This document shows, piece by piece, positions 1-12,707 of a DNA stretch of 64,000 bases (positions within the stretch are counted from its first letter, which is position 1; every line of letters begins with the position of its first letter). Source of the stretch: Trichosphaerium sp. ATCC 40318 (taxonomy: Eukaryota; Protista; Tubulinea); assembly GCA_038496445.1 (NCBI GenBank), contig JALMLS010000228.1:496001-560000 (forward strand), given 5' to 3'. A program made the position numbers and the translations under genes. The notes below the pieces were generated by a model that made no database searches, was not told the DNA's origin, and saw only the letters and a list, made by a program, of their open reading frames with translations.

Positions 1-294
1 ACTAAAATGTCAGGGGGTATTCAACGTAACGCTTGACAACCAAAGACAGTCGTTGTTCAATGGATTATTTTGTTCCGAAAAGTGACAACTACTGCATCAA
101 ATATGAACGTTGCGCACAAGAAACAGCGGTGAGGCACTAATAAAGCGGTCAAAATTCGTTAAAAAGTCAGTCAGAGTAAGCAACTTTTAAAGTACAAACG
201 TTATCTTTAGTGTTGATCTTACATATGCTTGCCTTGAAATCGTAGGGTTAACGCTTTGTTTAAGATGAACGTCCAAAGAAGTACGTTTACAATT

Positions 295-545
295 TTGTGT
301 TGTAGCGCACATGGTACTAGCAGGAAAGAGGTGTCCTCAAAGTATGTTGTGCATCAAGAAGTAGTAGCAAGAAGAGCTCTCGTAGAGCGAAATCGGACGA
401 CAAGTCTCCAAAAAGGAAGAGAAGTCATCTAAATCTAGCAAGCCCTCTAAAGAGTAAAGTGTAGAGTAACGTGATGCCAAGAACTGGAGTTCTGTACGAT
501 CAACAGCCAATACATGGTTCACAGAAGACTTTTGGTGTGATTTTG
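295..545 (+). pseudogene. Diverged duplicate of the last exon and 3' flank of the PIP5K gene at about 62290-62585
   Basis: Colinear similarity, e.g. gaagagctctcgtagagcgaaatc...aaaaaggaagagaagtcatctaaatcta here versus gaagagctctcgtagagcgaaatc...aaaaaggaagagaagtcttctaaatcta at about 62382-62459. This copy has indels and a premature stop. Confidence 0.8.
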
Positions 546-699
546 CTCAATTTTGAAAGACAATAATAAGCGCATTGAGCAAACTGTTTTCGAAAAGTAT
601 GAAATTACCTTTTTTTTTATTTTCCGTTACTAGACTGAGAAACTTCAACACTGAATCTTGTCGACATTCCTGGTTCTAAAAGTTGTACGTTCATATTTA

Positions 700-1310
700 A
701 ACCTAAGATGTTCACGCTTTCTTAGCAAGTGTCTAAGTTTCTATAAAAGGTTGAGATAGTTCCAGGAGTTGGATTTGATGACGAAACAAATAATCTCGAC
801 TCAAGATTGTTCACAGTAAAGGTGTAGTTCACACGTACTTAGCTTTGTTTCATGGTTTTATTTACTTCTCCAACAGAGATATTTCTGCTTCGAATATCAT
901 GCTTCAACCACAAGCTTTCGAATAAGATATATGTTAATTGATTGGGGATCTACCAGGACAGCACCAATAAATATAAGTGGAGGAGCCAAGTTTTCACCTC
1001 ATATGTATGAAGAGTGGCTTCATGACAGGCCAACACATGCCTACACACCAAACGATGACTTGTATTCTTTTATTTTCGTGATTGCATATTTTACCTGTGG
1101 ATAGTAGTGTCAAAGGTAAACAGAGTACAATGTGTTGAAGTATTTTAAACATGGAAGAGTGTTCTCCTTACCACTGGACACGTTGTATGAAAAAAGCAGA
1201 CATCTTGGATTACAAAGGTGTCTCAGATGAAATCCTTCGTTGTATTTCAGGCAATTTTGAGTATGAAGAGAGCTCTAACAACTCCTCTTCTTTTTGTACT
1301 ACAATGTAAA
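700..1310 (+). pseudogene. Decayed, inverted copy of the C-terminal half of the Crinkler-type kinase at 3701-6155
   Basis: Near-identical blocks to the reverse complement of 3760-4320 (gatatttctgcttcgaatatcatgcttcaaccacaagc; ggaggagccaagttttcacctcatatgtatgaaga). Contains deletions, frameshifts and stops. Confidence 0.85.
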
Positions 1311-1477
1311 AAACCAAAGCAATATCAGTAAAAAGTACAAAGTTGTTATGAATAGTAATTTTGGTTTATTATTTTTCTGTTTTTGTTGTACTTGTAGTTT
1401 TTCAAATCATTTTGAATGAGAGTAGTCTTATCTGTATCTGGTTGAAGATAATACGTAATTGAATGGTAGTAAAGGGT

Positions 1478-2721
1478 TTATTCATCAACCATATCACCAT
1501 CTTCATTTTGATCACAGTCGCACATACTGGCAAATCCGTTACAGGTCTCACACTCTATTACAGAACCTAAAATGCATTTGAGGATTGCATCTTTCACGCC
1601 TTTGTAATCGGCGAGTTCTGCTTTCTCTAGGCAATCCTGCCAATGACATGGAGTATTAAGTACCCATTGCCGTTTGATACATTCAAGATTTTCGGTAGAA
1701 GCGTCGCGCACCCAAGTCGTGTAGGCAGTGTCGATTTCACCTCTCTGGGTTTGGGTTAAACGCATGTAAATAATAACATAAACAAACGATTTCACATTGT
1801 CCTTCTCTGTATACACGTGTGTCTCAGTTCCAGCCTTCAAGTGATCCAACAAATGTGGCGCGAACTTCACACCTGCCTCGCGTATCACTCTTTCGGTGTT
1901 AGCCTTTGTAGCGTTACCCCAACTGATAAACACATAGCGGGGATAAGTTTTGTTTATCGCCATAATGGTTGATGTAGAAATGTTTCTAATAAGGTAGAAT
2001 TAGTCAAACACAAAAAACTAGAAAAAAAATTTACCTATGAATAACTTTCCGTGCATGTACTTTTTGAAGTGTATCAAGTAGTTGCGTAGTCGCTGTTACG
2101 AAATCGAACAGATCTTCGTCCATTCTTTTTGCACAATCCATAGCAAAGCCAATATTAGGTATTTCACTCAACTTAATAAACAATTAGAATATAGCAACAA
2201 CAGTGAATTTGTACTAGTCTGGGTACACCGTCTATCTTTGAGAGGTGCTTCAAACAAGCTATTTCTTTCTTCATCTTATCCAATTCGCTAGCACCGTACT
2301 CCTTAAATGCAACATACATACTAGGGTGTTTTTTAGACTGTCCTTGGATCCAGACCTTATAAACAGTTGCACTAAGACCAAAACCAAGGGTCTTTTTAGG
2401 AGTGCATTTTGTTCCATTGATTATAAAGACTTTCTCGGTATAGCCAAGTTGTCCAGTGGTGAGATTCAACAAGTGGTACAAGTGCTTTAGTCCTTTTCCT
2501 GGTGCGGAAGAGAACAAGGTTTTCTCAAAAAACTTCAGGAAGCCAAGAATAATAGACTTCTTCTTAGGCTGGTCAATCAATGCGGTGTGATACAAGTCCA
2601 TGACTGGAGTAACGTAGTACATATATGTTGGCCGTTTGAAAGCCCTCTTGAGCTCCATCTTAAAAAATCTTATTTTTACCTTGTTTTGCAGTATTCCAAA
2701 CACGTGGTTGCGTACTTCCAT
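1478..2721 (-). CDS. 5'-truncated Crinkler-type kinase paralog with degenerate catalytic motifs (pseudokinase) and a C-terminal CxxC..CxC motif
   Basis: ORFs 2173-2721 and 1478-1963 joined via introns. Motifs: LGFGLSATVY, VAFKEY, HRN-ISTSTI (across the intron), SWG in place of DWG, and CETC...CDC. Confidence 0.7.
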
Positions 2722-2755
2722 CTAACAAACAGCAACAAGAGGAAAATAGATAACT

Positions 2756-2985
2756 GTTACGTTAGTTTTGTACGAGGCTATCAGGCAAGGAAAAATGTTG
2801 CTCAATGTGTTGAAGTATTTAAAAATGCATGGGCAGATGTTCTACCTCGACACTGGAAGCGTTGCATGAAAAAAGCAGACATCTTGGATTATAAAGGTGT
2901 CTCAAATGAAATCCTTCATTGTATTTCAGGTAATGTTGACGAAGAGAGCTCTAATAACTCCTCTTCTTATTGTACTACAATGTAA
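2756..2985 (+). pseudogene. Second inverted fragment of the kinase C-terminus
   Basis: AWADVLPRHWKRCMKKADILDYKGVSNEILHCISGN matches the end of ORF 3701-4183 and the region 1130-1310. Confidence 0.8.
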
Positions 2986-3700
2986 AAAAACCCCCAAATT
3001 TTCCGATTTTGTATAAACGACTCAGTACTTCTATGATATGTCTCCAACTTGTTAAAAGTGTCTCTTTCGCTTTCTTTAGAACGAAAAAATCTTACAAGTG
3101 TTTTTTTGAGTGTTGCACAGAGCATGGAGGTTTCTGCTTTCCAAGTGTTGTGAACTTGAAGTAAGAAAATTCATGGGTTTTAGTGGCACTCATTACCGCT
3201 AACCTCATAAAATAGAGATGACAGAAATACCAGTCCGTACCGGTTACGGACCGAAACGCAAAAAGACTGGTCTGTAAACGGTCCAAACGTCCTCTGTCAA
3301 AGGAATACCCGTGGAAAATCAGAAAAATAGCCGAAAAATGAACTTTTTTCAAAGGACTGTAAGCAGTGTTTCATTCGCTCCATAATTCTTCTTGGTTACT
3401 CTTATTGTACTCTTGTTCTAGATAAAGTACGTGACTGGCCCAAAAAAATTGCTACAAATAAAATAATCGTTTGTAACTATTTAGCATTCATTGACTCCCA
3501 AATTTTAACAGAGTTCACTTAAGTGTGACAAGTGTAGTGTATTTGTGCAGAGAATTAGGACATATTTAACAGTTTGTCAGGTGAGAGAGAAGCTTTATGT
3601 CTAGTAATGTTTTTGTAGTCTTCTGGAGTTCAATGTTTTATGTCTTTTGGTGTAGAAATCGGGATCAACAAGTGGTTTGGCGTTGCTCTTAACAATGACA

Positions 3701-6155
3701 TTACCTGAAACAATTGGGATCAACTTGTGGTTCAAAGGTGGAGCTATCAATAATGACATTACCTGAAATACAATGAAGTATTTCGTCTGAAACGCCTTCA
3801 TAATCCGTGAAGTCCGCTCTTTTGAGACACTGTTTCCAGTGTCGTGGGAGAACTGTTGTCCATGTCTCTTTAAATGCTCTAGCATATAAGCGTATAAAGC
3901 TTGTTTTCGAGATGTATTCTTTGAGAAACTTAGTGTAAGCCACATCTATTTTGTCCTTATTTTGGTTTGACAAATGCCAGTATGCCATCACATAAATAAA
4001 AGAATACAAATCATCCCTCGGTGTGTAGGCATGCTTTGGAGTGTCAAGAAGCCATTCTTCATACATATGAGGTGAAAACTTGGCTCCTCCACTTATTTTT
4101 ATTGGTGCTGTCTTTGTTGTAGCAGATCCCCAATCAATCAACATGTATCTTGGTTCGTCTTTGAAAGCTTGTGGTTGAAGCATGATATTCGAAGCAGAAA
4201 TATCTCTAAAGTAACATTAGTAGTTCACATGTGAGTAAGTTATGTACCTATGAACAACACCTTTACTATGGACGAGCTTAAGAGTCGAGATTATTTGTTT
4301 TGTCAGTACTACAAAGTCAAATGGAGCATCTTTACGTTCTTGGCAAATACAATCCATTGCAAATCCAACATCTGGTGCTATCCCAATCTTTGGTAGAAAT
4401 TAGAATACGTGTTAAGAAAGAAAGCTTGAACGTACAACTGTTGGAACACCAGGAATGCCTTTCAGAAGATCCAGTATTTCTGTTTCACGATCCAACTCGG
4501 GCTGTACTGGATAGTCCACATCCGCTATGTAATCTTTGAATGCGACATACTTTGGAGGATCATTGTTGGCCAAGTACATCATGTACACTGTGCCGTGAGC
4601 ACCCAATCCAAGTACTTTTCGTGGTATATATGAGTATCCGTTGATTTTAAACACTTTTGAAATGTATCCAAGATCACCAAGTTTGTATCGTACTAAACTT
4701 ACCAGTTGCCTTAGTCCTTCACCTGGTTCATTGGAATCAATCAATTTCATTTCAGGTGTTGAATAATACTCATATGTTGCAGCGTAAGCGCCTCCTTTAG
4801 CAATCTTGAAGAATCGAATTTTCTCGTAGTTCTGAAGAATACCATACACGAATGCACGTCGAGGTTGGGATTTTAGGAGTGTCTTCATGTCACTCCATAT
4901 AGTACCTTCATCATATGCAGTGAATGGTACTAATTAAATAATAAATAAATGTACAAAGTAATAAGAGCTTAAGCTCATGTCAGTACCGTTGCCTTCCAAT
5001 ATCTCCCAAGTCAAGACATGATGATACAATGTACAGTCACGTTCACGAATGGTGGTTTTGAATCGTGGTGTTATTCGAAAACATGGTGGATTGAACGATT
5101 TGGCATCTGGAACAACATCTGCACGAATATTTGGACAAATATCATCACGTGATAAAAATGATGCAAACTCTGCTTTGTATTTGTCAAGAGGACGAATATT
5201 TGGACAAATACCATGTGAAAAAAATGACGCAAATACAGTGTATTCGGCAAGAGGAGATGATTTAAGCTTTAGCATCGCTGTTTGAAACTTTTGACAAGCT
5301 TCTATGTACTGTTTGGAGTTCTCAGGGTAGCAGAATGAGTGTCGAGATATCGCTTCTTCAGCAATAGAATTTGCAATGGCACGACAACCTTAAAACAATT
5401 TTGTAAGCATTTGCAGTATTACAAAGTACAATAAACAAAATCAAATGAACACTTAATACCTCGGATTGTTTTCTGACTCAAGGATGTATCTCTGAAAGAA
5501 TACAACAATTGCAAGTACAACCCGTTATTTTTGTTTTCCATTGCCCTGTGACGTTTGTGTTCAGCTTCGTTATCTTCTGCATCTTCACGCTGTCTTTTGT
5601 TCAGGTCTGCAATCTCTTCTGCAAGTTCTTCCATTGCTTGCTTTTTCAGGTTCTCTGTTGCCACAGACTTAAGCATTAGAACAAATTCACTGTACTTTTC
5701 GCAGGGTTTGAGTTTAGTGAGGGATAGGTCTTGGTCAGAAGCTTGAGCTGTGGAGTCTACAAAAGTTAGTATTCCGAACTACGACGGTAGTGCATGCGAT
5801 TGACGTGCCTGTGTTGTTGTTGCAAGCGTTAAATACTAAATTCACAAGGGCCGGCTTTCGCAAACCATTTGTGACTCCGACATTACATTGCGTTGCCATG
5901 GACGTGAGCTCGTTGATAGTGAATCTTTTCAATTGTTTCAAGGTCAAGATAGTACGTTTGGCATCCTACAGCACGTTAGAGCGACAAAAAACGACATAAA
6001 CGCACCAAAAGTTTGTGGGCGTCAAAGATCGAATCTGCAAGCGCAGTCTTACGCAAACCCTCTGTAACAGTGATATTACACTGAGTTGCTATCGTGGCAA
6101 GCTCTTTGAGTGTGAACTTGTGGAATTGTTTCTTGTTCAACAAGGCTGTAGTCAT
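3701..6155 (-). CDS. Crinkler (CRN/CR)-like protein: two N-terminal helix-extension-helix (Rho-N/SAP-like) repeats, coiled coil, degenerate REase-like region and protein kinase
   Basis: ATG at 6155. Exon 1 FTLKELATIATQCNITVTEGLRKTALADSIF and exon 2 FTINELTSMATQCNVGVTNGLRKPALVNLVF are repeats of each other. QPRRAFVYGILQNYEKIRFF is typical of the CR-REase segment. Kinase motifs LGLGAHGTVY, VAFKD, HRDISASNIML (spliced), LIDWGSA and DDLYSFIYV. Confidence 0.75.
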
Positions 6156-6453
6156 TGTGCTGCGTCCAAAAGTCAGTACAAACGAAAAATATTAGAGTAA
6201 TAGTTGTTAAAACATGGCTGTTGATGATTATTTGCGCCTTCCATGCGCTGGGGGTACTTTCCGCTGGTATTTGGTCGAAATGTATCCTTAAAACTGCTTT
6301 GGTTGCAAGTGTGCACGTACAAGAGGTTTTTCAAAGTAAACCACGGCGTGAAGGTCAATAAGGATAACTATGAAGTGATGTTGTTATTGTGGTCCTTTTT
6401 AAGTAAGGTCAGACAATCTTACCTAATTTGGCAACAAGTCAACTCGTCATTAA

Positions 6454-6588
6454 GGGCGTGTCTAGCGTGACACTTTTGAATAAAAGGGGGCGTGTCTAGC
6501 GTGACACTTTTGAATAAAAGGGGGTGTGTCTAGCATGACACTTTTGAATAAAAGGGGGCGTGTCCAGTGTAATACTTTTGAACAAAAG
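6454..6588 (+). repeat. About 4 tandem copies of a 34-bp unit (GGGCGTGTCTAGCGTGACACTTTTGAATAAAAGG), with degenerate copies to about 7005
   Basis: Equivalent positions at 6457, 6491, 6525 and 6559; weaker copies near 6620, 6710, 6910 and 6985. Confidence 0.9.
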
Positions 6589-7723
6589 TTCAAAAAACCA
6601 TAAAAAAGTAATAGGGGTTGGCTGAGGTTACACTTTTGAGTAAAACAACGTGGATTAAAGCCAAGTAGTGGTAATCTTGGAGGAGCAGCTTGAGGTAGGA
6701 GTAGGCCAATGCGACACTTTTGAATAAAACCCACTGACAAAGAAAACCCACAAAATGCTGGAATTGTAAAGAGAAAACCTTTGTACACTCAAACCAAACT
6801 CAATTTTACTCCAAAAAAAAGACAAGTAAGGTGTAGATAGTGATTCAGATGACGACTTTTCTTTGTTGAAGGATTAAGAAAAAAAAACAAAGAAAAATGT
6901 AAGAGAGGGTGTCCAGCATGACACTTTTGAATAAACTTTATCAGAATTACCTTGTTTTTATTGATACACTTTTCTGGATAGGGGTAGGCCAGCGTTACAC
7001 TATTGTACTATTAGGCGTTCTCCTGGATTAAGAGAAAAGCTTGAAATTTGCCAATTTTTACACTGGTTATTCTACCCATATAGGGCTTCCTCCATTGAGC
7101 TCGAGAGCAACATAGGTTGCCTTTAAAAAATGCACAAAAAAACCCTGTTTAAACTCACTTTCCATTTCCGAAAACACTCTAAAACATATTTCACCACACT
7201 ATAAACGCGTTTTAGACGATTTTATGTCATTTCTTAGTATAAAACCAGTATTCAAACTTCAGTTTTGGTTTTTATGCTTTCCATAGCGATGGTGATAATA
7301 TACCAGAGTTCAACGCCAATTCAACTGCGTGTAAAAAAGAAAAATTACTAAATTAAGATTTCACTTTCTAAAATAAGAAATTCAATCTTTAAACCTTATA
7401 TTCGAAGCCAAAACCTTTTGAAATCATACCAAATGGGTGTGGATGCTTTATTGGTAAGTTTTTAAAGCAATACAAGGTGTAACAAAGCCAAAAAAACAAC
7501 CAAACTTCAGCAAATACATACCCTAAACTGTATATTCGAAGCTGAATTTAGTTTTACTGCTTCTACTTAGTGTGTTTTATGTATAGGATGAGTATCATTA
7601 CTATTGGAGGAGGTGTAAAATAGTCAATATAAATCCTGGAGAACATAAATAGTTAGAGGGCCCAATATAAAAAAATCAAAGACTGTTAAAAAAAACAGGC
7701 AAGTGAACCCTCAATTGACGCCC
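6454..7723. mobile_element. Putative non-autonomous Kolobok-like DNA transposon
   Basis: TTAA|GGGCGT at 6450-6459 and ACGCCC|TTAA at 7718-7727, i.e. TTAA flanks with GG termini. Subterminal 34-bp tandem repeats; no ORF. Confidence 0.55.
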
Positions 7724-8178
7724 TTAAGTGTTAAATACTATTGTTACAATCTTAATTTATAATAACGATAGGAATTAGAGTATTAATCACAGTTATTTAT
7801 TGTAGCTCACGGTAGTGCTGCACTGCATGTACAAAAGGAACAGAATTTGTTGCAGTCCTTACCATTTCCTGAGATACAAGCAATGATTGAAGCATTTGCT
7901 CTTTCTATGCATCGTTTCAACTTTTGAGGCAGGAATCTCAAGTCATCGGTTTAATGCGAGTAGTATTTGGTTGAAGTAAGCCATTAGGTAGGAAGTATGC
8001 CATCACTAAAATACTAAAAAAGGCAGTTTCAACACCAACTTAAATGTTCACCATTTTCCTTGATTCAACGAGGCTGTGCCTGATTTGTTCTGAAGCACAT
8101 TTTAAAACTTACATCGACAAAAATTACATAGGTTTTATTAACACCTGATATCAAGCGCTGTAGAACTATGTTCGTAAC

Positions 8179-11089
8179 CTACGTGTCAAAGTGCATTGCC
8201 ATCAAATTTAGCCTTATACTTTCATCTAAAGCAAAGAATCCATTCATACCTGATACTTGTTTTAGATTCATACTACAGTAGAACTAAAAAAGGAAGCTTA
8301 GAACATTAATAAACAAGGCAAAAAAACATGGCATCATTGAAAGATTTGGCTAAGATCTATATGTGTATTTTCAGTTTAATAAAAATAACTCACCATAGCA
8401 GCTGCATATAAAGACTTTGCAGAAAAAGTACTTCCAAGTTGTAATAACTCCAATGCATTTGATTTATCAACTGTTGAAATAAGTGCTTTCTCACAACATT
8501 TCTTTGACTTTGTTAGTACTCACACGTCGCATAATTACAATATTGAATTACCTTCAATTGACTCAAACCAAATCTATTTGCAGCAACCAATAAGTCTTGA
8601 AGTGAGTCCATTGAATCTGTTTCATCGAAATCTTCAAAATAGACAAACTTTAATAGCTTTTTAAAGGTATCACACTTGACATCTTTGATTGCTAGTGTTG
8701 ATTGGTTTCCTTCCACAAATCCTCCTAAGAGCATAGCACGGAAATAATCTGATCGGCAACTTAATATTGCTTTATGCACTGACAGTGAATCTCCGGAAGA
8801 AAAGTTCAAAGTTAAGTCGCTATGAATGCTTTCAGTAAACAGTTTTTGCATTTCTTGAAACAAAGATACTTCAGTTGGATTCTCAAGAGCAATAACGTCA
8901 TCAACAACAACGTCATCATCCAATAAACATGCTCTTGTTAGTTTTAACCTTTCTGTCAATTCACTAAATGCAGGCCACAGCTCCTTCAAACAAAGTAAAC
9001 ATCTAATACAAAAAAACAATAAAACGCACTTTCGGAAGTATGATTTCGCCTGTGTATAACAGCTTTAATACATGTTTTAAAACTTCAGAATCCACACCGT
9101 CGAGTATAATAACGTGTTCATCACCATCTTCAATCTTAACTAAGCCTTTGTGATCGCTCCAACGTGCAGCAAGAACACAACGATGTGCTCTGATATTTTT
9201 AGTTCCACAACGGAATGTAATATCAGTATAACTATCTTCATTAAGATCAAGTAATTTCGCCATGTCTGTACTATAACAAAAGTGAGTTAAGAGTACGAAA
9301 CCGACTGAAGGCCACAATCAAAAAAATAGAAAAATAAGCAAGTACATTTTTAGAAAAAAGTTGCTTAACAGAACTCAGGTGAACCATGGATCACGTGATC
9401 AAATTTCATGTGGCAAGGTTTTATACTAATGTTAAATATTAAAATGAAAAGGAAATTGACTGATACCTGAGTGTGCTTGTAATAGAAGTACAAAATCGTT
9501 TTGAGATATTATTCTGAAGAATTGGTAAATATGCAACAGATGATCCTATCTCTAAAGCCCGAACAGGGAAGGCTATTACACCGCCATTATCTCCCTTAAG
9601 TATAGATACTTTTGATCTTACTCTAAACAATGTAAGTGGTATCACGTGATAGTTTTAACAAAAACGTAAAGCAAAACAAAGTACATTGTGTCTTGAATCT
9701 CTTTGATAAAAATCCACTCTTCCATTGCTAATAAAATATGAGTTCCCTGCTACTAATGTTGTACAAATCAATTTAATTCGTAAAAATAAATAGGGACATG
9801 GATTATAGTACTATCAAAAAAAATCGTTTCTGTGTGGTTACCTGTATCAAACGCATATAAATTAAGAGATTTACTCGTACTGCTGGCGAGAAATATACGT
9901 GTTCCAATTATAGCATAACCAACGCCAATATCAGCTAGTGTGATTGGATTTTTTACCTTAATTTCTCGCCAAGAAAGACTAACTTTGAAAGAAGAAGATC
10001 AGCTATTTCGAAACATCACTATCTTTTGTTATGTACCTGTATCGAGAACATATATATCTTTAATCCACTCTCCTGAACTACATCCACCAAACATATATAT
10101 ACTATTCCCCAACCTAACCATACAATGTCTACCACGTGGTGATGGCCAACAAGAACCTTTTGTTTTTCTAATCTTAGTCCACGTATATAATCCTGTGTCA
10201 AATACCCACAGGTCATTTTTATAGTTTCCATCTTGTGCTCCACCAAATCTGTAGTAAGTATGTTAGCAAAAACAGAACGATAAGATTTGACAAGCTGTGC
10301 TGAAAGCGAAAGCATTAATTCTTACAAAAAACTATTGGTTGTTTGATAAGGTTCTTGCGTACAAATAAATATTACGCCCTTTGCAAGCGCATGCATGATA
10401 CTGCCTTGTTAAAGGATTTCTTGCACCTTGCACAGAAACTTGAGACCATGTTGGTGTCCCTACAAATGATGTGTTACGTGATGTAAAAAAAAAGAAGAAA
10501 ACGACAAGAAACAAAGCGTGACGTTCGAAAACACGTGATTTATAACCTTACCCCTAACATCTAACATGAACATATGAATACGATTCTTTAAAGCAAAGAG
10601 TTAATCACATAGATGCCAGTGGAGCTAATTAAAAGACAAGAGAGTCTTCGTACATATGTTTTTTTCCCAGTTTTACCAAATTGATTTTTTTGTGACATTA
10701 GAGTAATAGAACTTCCTCCACCAATAACGAAAATAGCATCTCCCATAGCAGTAGCTGTTGCTCCTTCTATTTGTCCAGGTTTCTTTCCTCTTGCAGCCGT
10801 TTTTTGCCAATTCGAAGTAACAACGCCTAGATACTGTTTAAATCATCTAAATACGCGCCCTTTAAGCGGTTTTCTGGTACAGCGTACTTTTCAGAGTAGT
10901 TTTTCCAACTTCTGTTTTATTGGCGGTTTTTGGACTGCTACTGCTTGTCTTCGCGAGGATTAGGCGATATACAGTGCCTAGCGGTGTGAAAAAGTAGTTT
11001 ACATTGTTGATTGAAGCGCAAGGATGCCCGCCAGATAGTAAGCTCCCGCCTGCGTCACATATAGGACCAGCAAGCTCTTCCATTTGCAT
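8179..11089 (-). CDS. Kelch-repeat plus tandem BTB/POZ protein (LZTR1-like architecture); 5' end uncertain
   Basis: Kelch blades GATATAMGDAIFVIGG, RQYHACACKGRNIYL and PRGRHCMVRLGNSIYMFGG. BTB1 YTDITFRCGTKNIRAHRCVLAAR. BTB2 HSDLTLNFSSGDSLSVHKAILSCRSDYFRAML. Stop TAG at 8179. Confidence 0.85.
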
Positions 11090-11516
11090 AGAAGCTGCTT
11101 CACACTTATTTCTGTGAAACAAAACCGCTCACTTAAACTGAACCGTTTTTAGGTACAAATATGCCTGCCGAACGAACTAATGGTATTTCTTTTTACTGCA
11201 CTAGTAATGATGATTTTAAATGGACTCATGCAAGAAAATTCTACGCACTTTATGTCAGAATCTTCAACTTGAACCAAATTCAGCCCTTGCCCCTTTATCT
11301 CTTACTGTCAAAGTATTAAAATAGCGGCAGCGAGACCACCTGCAAAAGTTTTGTTGCCAAAGAACAAAACCCATACCAAAGTGGATTCCAAATCAGGATC
11401 TCGATTTGTTTTAATATAGACGTACTTGCGTTTTGTGAAACATTCAAAAAAAATCACGTGATAAGAGTAATTTTGAACTGAAGTTTGACCAAGTAAAAGA
11501 GACAATTCACGATACG

Positions 11517-12346
11517 ATGAAGGCTCTTGGCTTATTATTTATTGTAACCTACGTTATATGCTGTGAAGGTACTTGCGTGTGTCCACAGAGGAGTGAAGAA
11601 GAAATCTTTTGTTCTTCCACCGCCGTTGTCACAGTAGAAATCCTCCACGAGTGGCGTTACTTTACGAAGCGATTTTATCCGAACGAACGAAGGTTTAAAG
11701 CCAAGGTCATTGATTCTCATAAGTACCCATCTAATATCAACCCAACAGTAGTATCGGTAATAACAGGGTAAGAAGAAAGAAAAACCCAAAAAAGAGCCAA
11801 GTTCTACACTTTTTATTTTTTTTGAATATTCACATCATCACCGTAACCTCGCTTTAAACTCACGTGAATCACTCCCTTAGAAACTCAGGAGGTTGCAGAG
11901 GTTATGATTTTAAAGTTGGTAAGGCAAGCCATCGAAATAAAACGTTAGCTAGCGTTTGCTGTGGAATCGCTGAAACGTATTAATATTGTTGTCTGAATAA
12001 TAACCTTCTACAAAACTAGGTTTACCTGATCCCAGGAGAAGTAACAAGCGATAGACCAACTACAATAAGAGTAACGAACTGTGATATGTATGGATTCTGC
12101 AACGTACCGAGAACAACTTGTCAAGGGCCTCCTCGACGATGTCGTAACAACTGCTTCTTTCCAGGATATCTTTGTCCGCTTGGATGTAATCGATGTGCTA
12201 TTATTCCCAGGACTTGTCAGAATTGTAAATACGGGATTTGCTGCGATAATAGAAGATGTAAAAGAAAATCTGTTAGAAAATGTACTCAAGGTTGTGTTAA
12301 TAGGGGATGTTGTAATACTATATGTGTACCGTCGTGGGCACGATGA
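11517..12346 (+). CDS. Secreted TIMP/NTR-domain protein with a Cys-rich C-terminal extension
   Basis: Signal peptide, then TCVCPQRSEEEIFCSSTAVVTV (CxC...FC). Spliced SGGCRGYDFKVGK|VYLIPG uses a GC-AG intron at 11924-12019. Cys-rich tail ends at 12346. Confidence 0.75.
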
Positions 12347-12707
12347 ATTCATATTGTGCTTCAAAAATAAAAATAAAAATTGACCCAAACGCTCCACGTG
12401 TTTTATTTACTTCAACAATAGTGGAGGTACTACATGATACATCCATCAACACCATCTATTAAAAAACTACACAAAGTAGGCACTACACCTAGATGAAATT
12501 GGCAATTATGGTGTGTTGTTCTCTGTTTATGTTGAGTTGAATCTGCCGGCGGATTGGACAGCCGAATATGCGTTCACAGTGGTTCTCAACGCAATAGACT
12601 CAAGAATATAATTTACTAAGGTACATTTATTGGCCGTGCATAATACATGGTTGTACAGGACAGTTCGTTTTTTCAAAAAAAACGTAACAATGATTAGTTT
12701 TCTATCT

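Noticed and set aside
3233-3251. GTCCGTA-N5-TACGGAC hairpin as a terminator or Helitron end
   Set aside because: An isolated 7-bp stem with no CTRR end or other supporting boundary.
6454-6588. 34-bp repeats as a CRISPR array
   Set aside because: The units are head-to-tail with no unique spacers, there are no cas genes, and the context is eukaryotic.
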